In this document: piece after piece, positions 1 to 10,512 of the stretch
Layout: each line of letters opens with the position of its first letter
How positions within the stretch are numbered: the first letter of the stretch is position 1
DNA from: Minisyncoccia bacterium
GTDB lineage: Bacteria > Patescibacteriota > Minisyncoccia > Phycocordibacterales > UBA918
NCBI GenBank assembly: GCA_041736805.1
Contig: JBGSSW010000004.1
Span: forward strand, 51,843 to 115,842
Reading direction: 5' to 3'
Length of the DNA stretch: 64,000 nucleotides
Translations under genes and position numbers: made by a program
Notes under the pieces: model-generated
Told to the model about the DNA's origin: nothing
What the model saw: the letters and a program-made list of their open reading frames with translations, nothing else
Database searches by the model: none

Positions 1-318
1 GGAATGGTCTTGCTATTTGAATACGAAATACTAAATCTTAGTGAACTCATCTCTGAACGTGAAATTCTTGGAGATTACAGTGTTTTAGATACTAATTTGG
101 AAAAATGGGAGGCACTTGTAAAAGAGGAAAAAGAGGTTAGTCGTCTGTATTTTGAATTAGTAAACGCGCAACGTCAAATCATTTCAATTTTGGCTGATGA
201 AGGAGAAAGTATATCGACGGTCGAAGAAATTCAGTCTGAAGTAGCAAGAATAAAAAGTGAAATGACAGTTGCTACTACCAAGACCTTTGAGTTAAGAGAA
301 AGCCTTATTTCATTATGA
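1..318 (+). CDS. hypothetical protein; the reading frame is open from base 1, so the ORF may continue upstream of the window
   Basis: ORF track 4..318 (104 aa). The frame is open back to position 1. The stop overlaps the next gene's start (ATGA at 315-318). No recognisable motif. Confidence 0.3.
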   Translation, partial: GMVLLFEYEILNLSELISEREILGDYSVLDTNLEKWEALVKEEKEVSRLYFELVNAQRQIISILADEGESISTVEEIQSEVARIKSEMTVATTKTFELRESLISL

Positions 319-1070
319 TGAGTTTAAGTGATATATGGAAAAAATTCATAGAGTCACGTCGATCTAAAAAAACGACTACTGTTAAATACATGTTCCCATT
401 ATTTATCGGGCTATTTGCTGTTCTAGGGGCATCAGTAATTTCAGGTAGCGATTCCTATATTAGATTGGAGTCTACGCAAACTGCTGTTATGGAGGGGGAA
501 AGATTTTCCATAAACATATACGCTTTTGCAAGTACTCCTGTCAATGCTATAGATTTAACTATTACGTTTGCAACTGATATGGTTGAAATTGTGAGTGTCG
601 ATAAAGGTCAATCAGTATTAAATATTTGGACACAAGAGCCAAAAATTGAGAATGGTAAAATTACTCTAGCCGGTGGGACTTTTAGACGAGGTTTTGTCGG
701 CGAGCATTTAGTGGCTACAATTAAGGCTAAAGCAAAGTCTAATGGGACTACTGAATTTACCGTGAACGGAGCACAACTTTTGGCTGGTGACGGCAAAGGT
801 ACTCCAGTTTCAGTTACCACTAGCAATGCTTCTTCCAAAACTAGCTTTTATATTTATAATCAAAATGAAGATCCAGATGTCATATCAGCTAAACTAGGTA
901 TTAGTATAGTTGCTGATATCGACGGTGATGGTAAGGTAACTTTAAGAGATATCAGTAAGTTTCTGTCAGCTTGGAATATTCATGATAAAACCTACGATTT
1001 TAACAAAGATGGAAAAATGAATTTTATTGACTTCTCTATTATTCTAGCCAAGTCTTTCTTAGATTTATAA
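315..1070 (+). CDS. membrane-anchored surface protein with a cohesin-like beta-sandwich region and a C-terminal dockerin-type Ca-binding repeat pair
   Basis: N-terminal TM helix (FPLFIGLFAVLGASVI). C-terminus carries two dockerin-type loops, DIDGDGKVTLRD and DFNKDGKMNFID (DxDxDGxVxxxD pattern). The middle region resembles cohesin-family sequence. Confidence 0.55.
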   Translation: MMSLSDIWKKFIESRRSKKTTTVKYMFPLFIGLFAVLGASVISGSDSYIRLESTQTAVMEGERFSINIYAFASTPVNAIDLTITFATDMVEIVSVDKGQSVLNIWTQEPKIENGKITLAGGTFRRGFVGEHLVATIKAKAKSNGTTEFTVNGAQLLAGDGKGTPVSVTTSNASSKTSFYIYNQNEDPDVISAKLGISIVADIDGDGKVTLRDISKFLSAWNIHDKTYDFNKDGKMNFIDFSIILAKSFLDL

Positions 1071-1182
1071 CCCAACATAGTGCATATATCTGTTGATAAA
1101 CTGTTAATAATAGCTGTAAAAAGCTGTTATTATTGAAATGTGATGGGTTAATTTACTCCCCGCTACAAATGGCTGTCGCTTG

Positions 1183-3141
1183 ATGAGTAAAATAATTCAA
1201 AAAAGAACTACAAAAAAGCGTAAAACTACGACTGTAGCTAATTTTAGTGTGAAAAAAATAAGTGTTGGGCAAGAGATAAAAAATTCTTTGTGGCTATATA
1301 ACTTTGTTTACTCTAGTAAGATTAGTCTTTGCGTAGTATTTTTGCTATTTGTCTCTTTCAGTCTTCAAAATGTAGATAGGGCTTTTGCTGCTGATGAAGA
1401 AAAATCAAACTCAGAAACACTAGTTGAAACAACAGTTTCAACTGAGATGGTTACTGATAATTTGCCAATTAATGAAAAGTCCTCACAAGCATTGGTAAAT
1501 GACTTAGTAAGAGAAGAACAACCCACAGAAACACAAGAAATACTTATCTCAGGAATTGCATCAAGTTCCAAAGCTAAGACAGAAAATAATTCTTTAGATA
1601 GTATAGCTTCGACGTCAATCTTGAATATAAGTTCTTCTACCGCTAATTTACTTAAAAGCACAAGCACTCAATTGTCTAATTCCCTTAATAATTCGAGCTC
1701 TAAAGTAAGTATTTCCTCAGACAATAAGTTCAATGATATAAATAACTTGTCGACCACGACAGTTTTAATAATTTCTGAAAGTAAAGTACCAGATGAACAA
1801 TTACCTGAGAATGATGACCTAAATGAAGTAATGAGTTTGGATAGTGGTCAAAATGATTTTCCTGAGAATCCTTCAGAACTTAGAAATGAACTGGACACAA
1901 ATATTATTGTCGACTCACAAGCACCCTCAACCACGGAGTCAGAGCTAGTTGTAGCAGATGAGGTTATTGAAGAAATACCACTAGAAGATTTAATTACCAA
2001 TAACGAGTCTGTTTCTGTCACAAATAGTGATAGTGAATTTTCGTTCAGTAAAAATGAATGTACCCAACTCGCAAGTGGATCTTTTTATTGTCGAACTCCA
2101 AACCCGAATCAACTTAAGGATGCTTTGTTTTCAGCTCCTGATGAAGATGGAGATTTAGAAATATTTATAGTTCGTGACGGACAACAAGTTCAGGTCACTA
2201 GCAATCAGATGGATGATGCAGCTCCATACTTTGATCAAAATTCAAATACGATTGTTTGGCACCGCTTAGTTGATGACAGATTCCAAATTATATCTTTTGA
2301 TGTGGAGAGTGGAGAAGAAACAAAAATAACAAATACTAGCGAGAACAATATGGAGCCAACTAGGCAAGGTGACTATACAGTTTGGCAGCGCTGGATTGAT
2401 GGTGGTTGGAATATAATTTTGTTCAATGGTAAAACCGAAACTCAAATAACTAAAAATACTGACAACAATGTTGCACCTTATATCCACGGCTCGCTTGTAG
2501 TTTGGAATAGTCGAGACCAAGCTGGAGATAAAACCATAGAAATGTATGACATTCAGAGCAAGGCTTATCTGACGGTAGATGATCCGGATGGGATGTCTGT
2601 ATCTAATCCACGCATGGTGTTTGTTTTTGACTCACTACATCCAAATGGTGATATCGTCACCCGCGGATATGATGTGATGGCCCACAAGTTCATTGACTTG
2701 GATTCTTTGCCACGTGAGCTCCCTGAAGAGTTACCTGAAAGTGATTCCACCGGAGAAACTCGAGCTTTAATTCAAAGTAAACCATCAGTCAAGTCTGAAG
2801 TTGAAGAATTAGTCACTAGCACCTCTACAAACAATGCTTTACCACCAAAATTACCTGATATGGCATCTAGTACAGGGCTAGGGACCCTTGATTTATCTAT
2901 AAGTCAGCCAATCACTGAAACTCTTGCAACTTCTTCAATTAACACTGTTTTGCAACCTCAATTACCTGATTTAGCTACAAGTACAGACTCACTAACCTTA
3001 GATTTATCCATAAATACCAATACTGTAATTAATACAGCTGAAGTAGCTGAAAGTATGATTGAGCAAAACCCTGTAGTTGAGCCTATGTTAGATCCGATAA
3101 ATTTATCTGAAGCGACTACGACTGAAACTGTGCAAGAGTAG
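1183..3141 (+). CDS. secreted/anchored Ser/Thr-rich protein with a beta-propeller-like (TolB/PD40-like) repeat region and C-terminal tandem ~38-aa repeats
   Basis: ORF track start 1180 is TTG; ATG at 1183. N-terminal TM. Repeated ...DGxxV/W... blades (VWHRLVDDRFQII, TVWQRWIDGGWNIIL, LVVWNSRDQAGDKTIEMYD). C-terminal duplicated LPxxLPDxAxSTxxxTLDLSI motif. Confidence 0.5.
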   Translation: MSKIIQKRTTKKRKTTTVANFSVKKISVGQEIKNSLWLYNFVYSSKISLCVVFLLFVSFSLQNVDRAFAADEEKSNSETLVETTVSTEMVTDNLPINEKSSQALVNDLVREEQPTETQEILISGIASSSKAKTENNSLDSIASTSILNISSSTANLLKSTSTQLSNSLNNSSSKVSISSDNKFNDINNLSTTTVLIISESKVPDEQLPENDDLNEVMSLDSGQNDFPENPSELRNELDTNIIVDSQAPSTTESELVVADEVIEEIPLEDLITNNESVSVTNSDSEFSFSKNECTQLASGSFYCRTPNPNQLKDALFSAPDEDGDLEIFIVRDGQQVQVTSNQMDDAAPYFDQNSNTIVWHRLVDDRFQIISFDVESGEETKITNTSENNMEPTRQGDYTVWQRWIDGGWNIILFNGKTETQITKNTDNNVAPYIHGSLVVWNSRDQAGDKTIEMYDIQSKAYLTVDDPDGMSVSNPRMVFVFDSLHPNGDIVTRGYDVMAHKFIDLDSLPRELPEELPESDSTGETRALIQSKPSVKSEVEELVTSTSTNNALPPKLPDMASSTGLGTLDLSISQPITETLATSSINTVLQPQLPDLATSTDSLTLDLSINTNTVINTAEVAESMIEQNPVVEPMLDPINLSEATTTETVQE

Positions 3142-3182
3142 GAATTTACTAATATTTTTCATGTAAAATAGAGTAAACTGGT

Positions 3183-6100
3183 ATGAAATTTCCGGGTATG
3201 TTTTGTATGCTTAAAAGACCTATCACGCTAACTTTAGTGTGGGCAATTTTTCTGCAGGTCTCAGGAGCGACTATAATTAGCGTTCTGCTTCTTACTCCAG
3301 AAAAAGCTGAAGCTGCTGCAAAAATAATAGAACCAACTCCAAGTACAAGTGCCGTCACCCATACACAGTCTGGAACTGGGATTGTGTTTGTGACACCAGA
3401 CGTTGGTTATAAGTTTCACGTCTTTGGTGCTGTTCCGGATTCAGGCAAGTGTGTATATCGTAAAACTACTGACGGTGGAATAAGCTGGGGGTCACAAGTA
3501 GTGGTTGACTCACAGACAGACTGTCAGGGGGTTTCAGTTTGGTATGATCGTTGGACCCCATCTGATACTGGAACAATAATTCATATTGCTACGTATGATA
3601 CAAGTGCAGACGAAATTTACTACAATAGTCTCGACACTACTTCTGATACTTTGCTGCTTGTCACTTCTACTAGTACTATGTTAAATCTTGTCACGGCATA
3701 CGCTGCTGGTACAAATAATGTTTCAATTACAAAAGCCACTAATGGAAACCTGTATATTAATATTGATGATGCTAATGGAACTTTTATTCGTACCTGTACA
3801 TCTACTTGCTCAATAGGTAGTAATTGGACCGCCGCTGGTACACCACCGCAGGGAAACGCCAATACCGCTAGCATCCTGATGCCTCTTTCAGGTGGGAGTG
3901 TTATGTTGGTAAACCGTAGTACCGGAGGAGTAGTGCGTTCCAGTATTTGGAATGGTGCTTCCTGGTCCGCATTTACTAATATTGATACTTCAGCAGTAGT
4001 AAACACGACCTATGATGTCGGTATGTCACTGACTCTTTCAACCAGTACAAATGATATCTACATGTCATATATTGCCGATAATAATGACTTTATCACTAGT
4101 GATCATGACTTAAGGACGGCTTTGTATAACGGCAGTAGTTGGTCGACATCTACAGCAGCAATACTGACTGATACTAGTGGTCGCGGACTACATCAGGTTA
4201 CAATGTCACGTGACGCAAGTACGGGTGATATTTATGCAGTTTACGCGGTACGGACAGATATTACTAATGCTGCCTCAGCCAATGTTTATTATGCTCGTTC
4301 GACCGACAACATGACTAGCTGGGAAAGTGAGGTAGGTCCAGTTAATACCGTCCCAGGAAATCTCTACGGTATCGACACTAACCCAATGTTTTACAGTAGA
4401 CTTTTTGTGGCTTGGTTTAATAATCTGGCTCTAGATGTCATCGGTGATAGTATTTTACCCACTCCTACCGATACTTTAGTTGCACTTGAACCTACGCCAC
4501 AAACCACCGCTTCAGGACATACGATAGCTGGAGCTGCAACTGTGTTTGTGACAGACCAAATTGGTTATCGTTTTCTACGTTTTGGGGCTGCTCCAGATAG
4601 CGGTAAATGTGTCTATCGTAAGACTCTGGACGGAGGTTTACACTGGAGTAGTCAGGTGGTGGTTGACGCACAGACTGACTGTTCGGGCTTGGCGGTTTGG
4701 TATGATAAATGGACACCGGGAGATACTGGCAGTTATATTCATATTGCGACCTACGATATAGGTAACGATGATATATTTTATAATCGCCTCGACACTGCTA
4801 ATGATTCATTGCTTCTAACTACTTCTACAACTACCATGCCGGCTACGGCCAGTGTTTTAGCAGTCGGAACAAACTATGTTGCCATCACTAAAGCAACTGA
4901 CGGAAAAGTATATGTAAATATTGATGATGCTAACGGTACGTTCTTACTTTCATGTGCAGCTACCTGTGATAATTCAAATAATTGGGCAGCTGTGGGTACT
5001 GCACCACAAGGAAATGCAGATAGCTGGAGTATCATGGCTCCATTATCAGGGGGAAACGTGATGCTTATTAACCGTTCGACTACCAATCAGATACGTTCTA
5101 GTATTTGGAATGGTTCAATTTGGTCTTCTTTTAATACAATCGACGCCGCTGCAGTCAGAAATACTGTTTACGACGTCGGTATGTCCGCTACTATAGATAT
5201 AAGCACCAATGACATTTATCTAGCATATGCCACAGACAATGATAATTTTACGACGGCAGACCACGATATAAAAACTGCTAAATATACTGGGGGAGCTTGG
5301 TCAGCTATGACTAATATCATAACTAATGACCCTGCCCGAGGTGTTCTTCAGGTAGCGATAGGGCGCGATCAAAATAATGGTGATATCTACACGGCCTATT
5401 CAATTCGTTCCCAAATTTCAACCACTACTTCCGCTAATGTCTTCTACTCACGATCAACTAATGGGATGACCAGTTGGGAAGCTGAAGAGGGCCCGATAGG
5501 ACGCGTTGAAGGTGATTATTATGGTTTGGATATGAATCCAATGTCATACGAAAGATTGTATGTTAGTTGGTTTGATAACGTGACTACGGTCAGAGACATT
5601 TATGGAAATACTCTGGCCGACATTGGACCCGATACAACCTTGAGCTCGCTAGGTACACAAAAAAGCGAGACTTTAGCTGGAGAAAATAACTTTTATGTCG
5701 GAGGTTCATTTATGTTAACGACCTTGGTGTCTAAAAACGTTAACACAATAATAATTGCTGAATCAGGGACAATTCAAGCTCGAAACAATATAAAAAATGT
5801 AAGTTTATATTACGACTTTGATACCTCGGCTCCCTATGACTGTGAAAGTGAGTCATATGGCGGAGGTGAAGCCCAGTTTGGGACAACTGTGGCAGGAGGT
5901 TTCTCTGGAGCTAACGGCGTCGCTTCATTTAGTACCTCTCCAGTCGGAATAACAGGAACAAAGAGTATGTGTATCTATCCTGTTTTCGATATCCAGTCCG
6001 GTGCCCAAGATGGAGACACGATTGAGATTTCCGTTCTAAACCCAGAGACCGACGTTTTGATTTCCGGAGTGTTTGAAGTATTTCCAGCTACTGAAGTAAG

Positions 6101-9100
6101 TATTCCTGGTACCACGACCATCGTTGATCCTCAGCTAACTCAGTCCGGTTTTCATTGGCGATTAGATAATGGCTCAGAAATAACAGCTTCATCTGCGACG
6201 GCGGGAGTTGAAAACACCAATTTAACAGCTTTGAAGATAGGAATTCCAAGGCGAGTTCGTCTCGATGTTTCGAATCAAGGTTCCACCACCTCTGTACCAG
6301 CCGCTTTTAGACTTGAGTACGGTGAAGCTGCTCCAACTTGTAACGATACAAGTTCCTGGAGTGTTGTCGGTGAACCAAGTTCAGACTGGATTATGTATGA
6401 CTCAAGTAATTTAACTGATGGTACAGACACAACTAATATTCTAGTTGCAAATGGAGGTGTAACTGACCTTGGAACGAACTTTATAGGTAGTAATGGGGGA
6501 GTCAGAGACGTAAATAATACTTTCGGAACAACCACATTAGATATAGATGATTTCGTTGAGCTAGAGTACTCAATCATGGCTTCTTCTTCGGTGGTAGAAG
6601 GTTCAACTTACTGTTTTAGAGTTTCCAGAAATGGCATTCCACTTGGTTCATATTTGGAATTTCCAAGAGTGACAATCGCGGCTGATGTGTTGGTGCAGGG
6701 TTATGGTACCCAAATAGCCACTACATCAGTTTTAGCAACTAATGTATATGCTGGAGGAGGAATCAGAATTGTAGAAAATAGTAGCAATCGTGATGTAACA
6801 AGCGTAAAGCTTTCTGAGTTTGGAACCATAGACAGTGCTACCAGTATTAAGAATCTAAAATTATTCTACGACCTTGATACCTCTGGACCGTATGACTGTG
6901 CTAGTGAATCGTACAGTGGGGGAGAAGCTCAGTACGGCTCTACAGTTAGTGATGGATTTAATGGAGTCGGCGAAACGGCTTCATTTACAGATGCAGTAAA
7001 TATATCGACAACAGAAACCCTTTGCTTATATGTGGTCTATGACGTCGGTGATTTGGCTCAAAATGGTCAGACTTTAGATATTGGGGTTAATTCTGGGTCG
7101 TCAGATGTGACTGTTACGGGAGTTGCAAGTGTCGGACCTTCAGGACTGATTAGTATATCAGGAGAAACAATTATCGAAGGGGCTATTTTATCACAAATAA
7201 ATTATCACTGGAGAAGTGACAATGGTACCCAATTAACTGCCTCGTCTGCTACCGCTGGAGTTGAAAATACGCCAATTGTGGATTTTTCTCAAAATTCTCC
7301 AATTCGTTTAAGATTTGCAGTTACAAACACCGGTCTTGCTTCTTCAGTACCAGCTCGTTTTCAACTTGAGTACTCTCCTAAAATCACTACTTGTGATATG
7401 GCCACTGTTTGGACAGATGTGAACAGTACGCTTGACGGTTGGGATATGTATAACTCGTCATATTTAACTAATGGGGAAACAACAACAAATATTGCTGTTG
7501 CTAGTGGAGGAGTTTCAAATGGTTCGGGGACATTTATCTCTAGCAATGGTGGAGTAAGGGACACTGAGTCGCTTTCCGCTACTACTTCTATTCCAGTAGG
7601 AGATTATCTTGATGTCGAATACAGTATTACTTCAACTGATCTTACTTCTTACAGTACTACTTACTGCTTTAGAGTATCTTCAAATGTTTCATCTGCCTTT
7701 GGTTCATATGTTCAATATGCTGAAATTACCACTGCCGCTAAAAGAGATTTTAAGATTCAAAGAGGCTCAGTTCAAGTGAGTGGGACTTCGGCCACAGTGG
7801 TCGCTGGAGTCGACTATACAGCTCCGGCTAGTACTTCGCTAGCCTTTGTTAGAATCACTAATTCCCATCATACAGGAGCGGGAAATTCAACAGCCTCAAC
7901 AAATCAAAACAGTGACGATGTGACAGCCTATATCTCAAATCCAGGCAACATTGCTACTAACTTTACTATTTCTCGTCCTAGTTCGGCCACGAGTAATACT
8001 CGCGTTGATTGGGAAATAATTGAATTTATCGGCAATTCTGGCACAGATAATGAAATGATTGTGCGTGGAGTTGGAACGGTTTCTTATACAACTACGTCCC
8101 TAGTGGCAACGGGTACAGTTTTATCAAACATTAGTAATAATAGTAAAGTGGTAGTTTTTGTCACTGGGGCTAGTGATAGAAATACTTCACGTAATTACTA
8201 TGCCGGATTAGTAACTTCAGCCTGGGATACTAATACAAATTCACCTGTCTTTACTCGAGGAGCCAATGGTTCAAGTATCGCTGATATAAGCTACGCAGTG
8301 GTAGAGTTTGTTGGACCAAATTGGAATGTCCAAAGAGTAGAACATACTTACATAGCATCTGGTGTAACTGAGACAGAATCAATTACAGCTGTAAATAGTC
8401 TAGCAAAAACTTTCCTTCATACACAAAAAAGAATGGGAGCCACGACTAACGTTGTTCACTATGGACATCAAGTATGGTTATCAAGTATAGGGGCTGTTTC
8501 ATTTCAGTTGGAGACTGGAGCCAGTGTAGCAGTCGGACAGACTTCAGTAGCCTGGATAATTGAAAATATCCAAGGTGGAATTGGGGCCATGAATATTCAA
8601 AGGTCTAATGGTAATACGACTGGTGGGACAGGACCGTTATCACTTTCTGTAGTGCTCTCTACCCCACTTGTAGCAGTAAATAATACTTCCATCATGGCAA
8701 ATACCAGCGGGGCTGGAGTAAATACTAGTTATCCTAGACCGATGGCGGGTTTTACTATCACTAGTACTTCCACCTATCAAATTTGGCGTAGTAATACTGG
8801 AACAACTTTAACTTACAGAGTCGAGCTAGTGGAATGGCCAGTAGCAGACTTAGCTATTCGGCAGAATTACTATCGCTTCTACGTCGATAATAATTTGCTA
8901 ACCCCTACGGACCCTTGGCCAGCCGGAGTTATTGATCTTGGTGAAAATACCTCCATTACTACTGCTGATGAACCACTTGGTAGTGGAGAACATTTAAGGA
9001 TAAGAATGAGTTTAAGAACTTCAAATGCAGCCATGCCCGCTGGTTTACAAAACTTCAAACTCCAGTATGCCCTAAGAAGTACTACTTGTTCGGCTGTTTC

Positions 9101-10508
9101 CGGAGGTAGTTGGGCAGATGTTGGTCCCGCTAGTAGTGGTAGTGTTTGGAGAGGTTATGCTGCAACTGGAACAACAGACGGAACCTCGCTTTCTATTGAT
9201 CCACCAACTGGGGGGGGCTTGCTGATTTCAGTTTCTGATCGAGCAGGATCGTTAGTGGAGGAAAATCCTTCTGCCGTCAATCCATATCCTGTGGCTGAAG
9301 GTGACAATATTGAATACGATTGGCATTTAGAACAAAACGGAGCTAATCCACAAAGCACTTATTGCTTTAGGGTTGTAAGAAGTGATAGTACTCCACTAGA
9401 AGGCTATAGTAACTATCCTCAAATTAGAACTGCCGGCTTCACTCCACTTTCAAAAAATTGGCGTTGGTACGATGATGCAGAAAATGAAACCCCATCTACA
9501 GGACTTGCCCTTGAAAATGTGGCCCCAATTGATATTGCTAACACTGATACTTTAGCTCTGCGCGTTAGCGTAAAAGAAAACAAGAATGCCCAAGGCGATA
9601 ACATTAAATTTAAGTTACAGTTTTCTGAAGATGTAACTTTTTCTAATCCAATTGATGTTGCTGCAACAAGCAGCTGTCAAGACCAATCTTTTTGGTGCTA
9701 TGTTGAAGGAGGAGGTGTAGATAATAATTATATAACAACTCAACTCCTTTCTGACGGAGATGGTTGCGTATCTAGTGTTGGAGCTGGTTGTGGACGACAT
9801 AATACAATTCCAGACTCATTAACTACACACACACATTTCGGTAGTGACACACAAGAGTATAGTTTTATGATTCGCCACGTTGCTGCTAGAGTCAATGCGG
9901 TATATTACTTCCGCCTCTACGATATAACTAACGATTCACCTGTGTATGTAGCCGTAGGTGAAACTTATCCATCGTTAGTAACAGAAGGACCCTTATTACA
10001 GTTGTCTTTGGCAGGCCTACCAGCTGGTACTACTACTGCAGGAGTTATGACGGATATTTCTACTACACCTACAGGGATTAACTTTGGAAATTTAAACTTG
10101 AATATAGAATATATTGCTGCTCATAGAGTCTCTGTTGAAACCAATGCCACAGAAGGATATCAAGTTTTAAATTTTGCTAGACAACAATTATTGAATTCAA
10201 ATGGAATTTCTATCCCTTCAGTTAGCGGCACAAATTTAATTCCCCTTAGTTGGTCTACTGCTTGTAACGCATCTTCAACCGGATGTGTAGGTTACCATTC
10301 CACTGATCCTACTTTAAGCAATGGATCGACTCGTTTTGCAGCTACAGACACCTATGCTGCACTTGAAACTAACCCAGCAGAGGTGATGTATAGTTCAATT
10401 CCATCTTCCGATACTCATGATATAGTTTACAGAATAAAGGTAGGTGAATTACAGGCAGCTGGTGATTATGAAACGGAAATAGTTTATCTAGCTGTACCTT
10501 CTTTTTAA
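3183..10508 (+). CDS. giant (2441 aa) secreted cell-surface protein with two tandem sialidase-like BNR/Asp-box beta-propeller modules plus further duplicated modules
   Basis: Single uninterrupted ORF with N-terminal signal/TM. Asp-box motifs TTDGGISW, TLDGGLHW, STDNMTSW, STNGMTSW. Large internal duplications visible in the translation. YCFRV motif occurs three times. Confidence 0.7.
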   Translation: MKFPGMFCMLKRPITLTLVWAIFLQVSGATIISVLLLTPEKAEAAAKIIEPTPSTSAVTHTQSGTGIVFVTPDVGYKFHVFGAVPDSGKCVYRKTTDGGISWGSQVVVDSQTDCQGVSVWYDRWTPSDTGTIIHIATYDTSADEIYYNSLDTTSDTLLLVTSTSTMLNLVTAYAAGTNNVSITKATNGNLYINIDDANGTFIRTCTSTCSIGSNWTAAGTPPQGNANTASILMPLSGGSVMLVNRSTGGVVRSSIWNGASWSAFTNIDTSAVVNTTYDVGMSLTLSTSTNDIYMSYIADNNDFITSDHDLRTALYNGSSWSTSTAAILTDTSGRGLHQVTMSRDASTGDIYAVYAVRTDITNAASANVYYARSTDNMTSWESEVGPVNTVPGNLYGIDTNPMFYSRLFVAWFNNLALDVIGDSILPTPTDTLVALEPTPQTTASGHTIAGAATVFVTDQIGYRFLRFGAAPDSGKCVYRKTLDGGLHWSSQVVVDAQTDCSGLAVWYDKWTPGDTGSYIHIATYDIGNDDIFYNRLDTANDSLLLTTSTTTMPATASVLAVGTNYVAITKATDGKVYVNIDDANGTFLLSCAATCDNSNNWAAVGTAPQGNADSWSIMAPLSGGNVMLINRSTTNQIRSSIWNGSIWSSFNTIDAAAVRNTVYDVGMSATIDISTNDIYLAYATDNDNFTTADHDIKTAKYTGGAWSAMTNIITNDPARGVLQVAIGRDQNNGDIYTAYSIRSQISTTTSANVFYSRSTNGMTSWEAEEGPIGRVEGDYYGLDMNPMSYERLYVSWFDNVTTVRDIYGNTLADIGPDTTLSSLGTQKSETLAGENNFYVGGSFMLTTLVSKNVNTIIIAESGTIQARNNIKNVSLYYDFDTSAPYDCESESYGGGEAQFGTTVAGGFSGANGVASFSTSPVGITGTKSMCIYPVFDIQSGAQDGDTIEISVLNPETDVLISGVFEVFPATEVSIPGTTTIVDPQLTQSGFHWRLDNGSEITASSATAGVENTNLTALKIGIPRRVRLDVSNQGSTTSVPAAFRLEYGEAAPTCNDTSSWSVVGEPSSDWIMYDSSNLTDGTDTTNILVANGGVTDLGTNFIGSNGGVRDVNNTFGTTTLDIDDFVELEYSIMASSSVVEGSTYCFRVSRNGIPLGSYLEFPRVTIAADVLVQGYGTQIATTSVLATNVYAGGGIRIVENSSNRDVTSVKLSEFGTIDSATSIKNLKLFYDLDTSGPYDCASESYSGGEAQYGSTVSDGFNGVGETASFTDAVNISTTETLCLYVVYDVGDLAQNGQTLDIGVNSGSSDVTVTGVASVGPSGLISISGETIIEGAILSQINYHWRSDNGTQLTASSATAGVENTPIVDFSQNSPIRLRFAVTNTGLASSVPARFQLEYSPKITTCDMATVWTDVNSTLDGWDMYNSSYLTNGETTTNIAVASGGVSNGSGTFISSNGGVRDTESLSATTSIPVGDYLDVEYSITSTDLTSYSTTYCFRVSSNVSSAFGSYVQYAEITTAAKRDFKIQRGSVQVSGTSATVVAGVDYTAPASTSLAFVRITNSHHTGAGNSTASTNQNSDDVTAYISNPGNIATNFTISRPSSATSNTRVDWEIIEFIGNSGTDNEMIVRGVGTVSYTTTSLVATGTVLSNISNNSKVVVFVTGASDRNTSRNYYAGLVTSAWDTNTNSPVFTRGANGSSIADISYAVVEFVGPNWNVQRVEHTYIASGVTETESITAVNSLAKTFLHTQKRMGATTNVVHYGHQVWLSSIGAVSFQLETGASVAVGQTSVAWIIENIQGGIGAMNIQRSNGNTTGGTGPLSLSVVLSTPLVAVNNTSIMANTSGAGVNTSYPRPMAGFTITSTSTYQIWRSNTGTTLTYRVELVEWPVADLAIRQNYYRFYVDNNLLTPTDPWPAGVIDLGENTSITTADEPLGSGEHLRIRMSLRTSNAAMPAGLQNFKLQYALRSTTCSAVSGGSWADVGPASSGSVWRGYAATGTTDGTSLSIDPPTGGGLLISVSDRAGSLVEENPSAVNPYPVAEGDNIEYDWHLEQNGANPQSTYCFRVVRSDSTPLEGYSNYPQIRTAGFTPLSKNWRWYDDAENETPSTGLALENVAPIDIANTDTLALRVSVKENKNAQGDNIKFKLQFSEDVTFSNPIDVAATSSCQDQSFWCYVEGGGVDNNYITTQLLSDGDGCVSSVGAGCGRHNTIPDSLTTHTHFGSDTQEYSFMIRHVAARVNAVYYFRLYDITNDSPVYVAVGETYPSLVTEGPLLQLSLAGLPAGTTTAGVMTDISTTPTGINFGNLNLNIEYIAAHRVSVETNATEGYQVLNFARQQLLNSNGISIPSVSGTNLIPLSWSTACNASSTGCVGYHSTDPTLSNGSTRFAATDTYAALETNPAEVMYSSIPSSDTHDIVYRIKVGELQAAGDYETEIVYLAVPSF
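3336..4470 (+). repeat. intragenic repeat A1 (~375 aa module with two Asp-boxes) of the giant surface gene
   Basis: Residues ~52-430 (TPSTSAVTHTQSGTGIVFVTPDVGYKFHVFGAVPDSGKCVYRKTTDGGISW...) are paralogous to residues ~431-800. Boundaries approximate. Confidence 0.6.
4473..5580 (+). repeat. intragenic repeat A2 (second copy of the Asp-box module)
   Basis: TPQTTASGHTIAGAATVFVTDQIGYRFLRFGAAPDSGKCVYRKTLDGGLHW... parallels A1 along its whole length. Boundaries approximate. Confidence 0.6.
5790..6700 (+). repeat. intragenic repeat B1 (module starting NVSLYYDFDTSAPYDCESESYGGGEAQFG, ending YCFRVS)
   Basis: Paralogous to B2, ~352 aa downstream. Boundaries approximate. Confidence 0.5.
6846..7760 (+). 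repeat. intragenic repeat B2 (IKNLKLFYDLDTSGPYDCASESYSGGEAQYG ... YCFRVS)
   Basis: Same motif order as B1 (FYDxDTSxPYDC, HWRxDNG, ATAGVENT, YCFRVS). Boundaries approximate. Confidence 0.5.
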
Positions 10509-10512
10509 AAAT

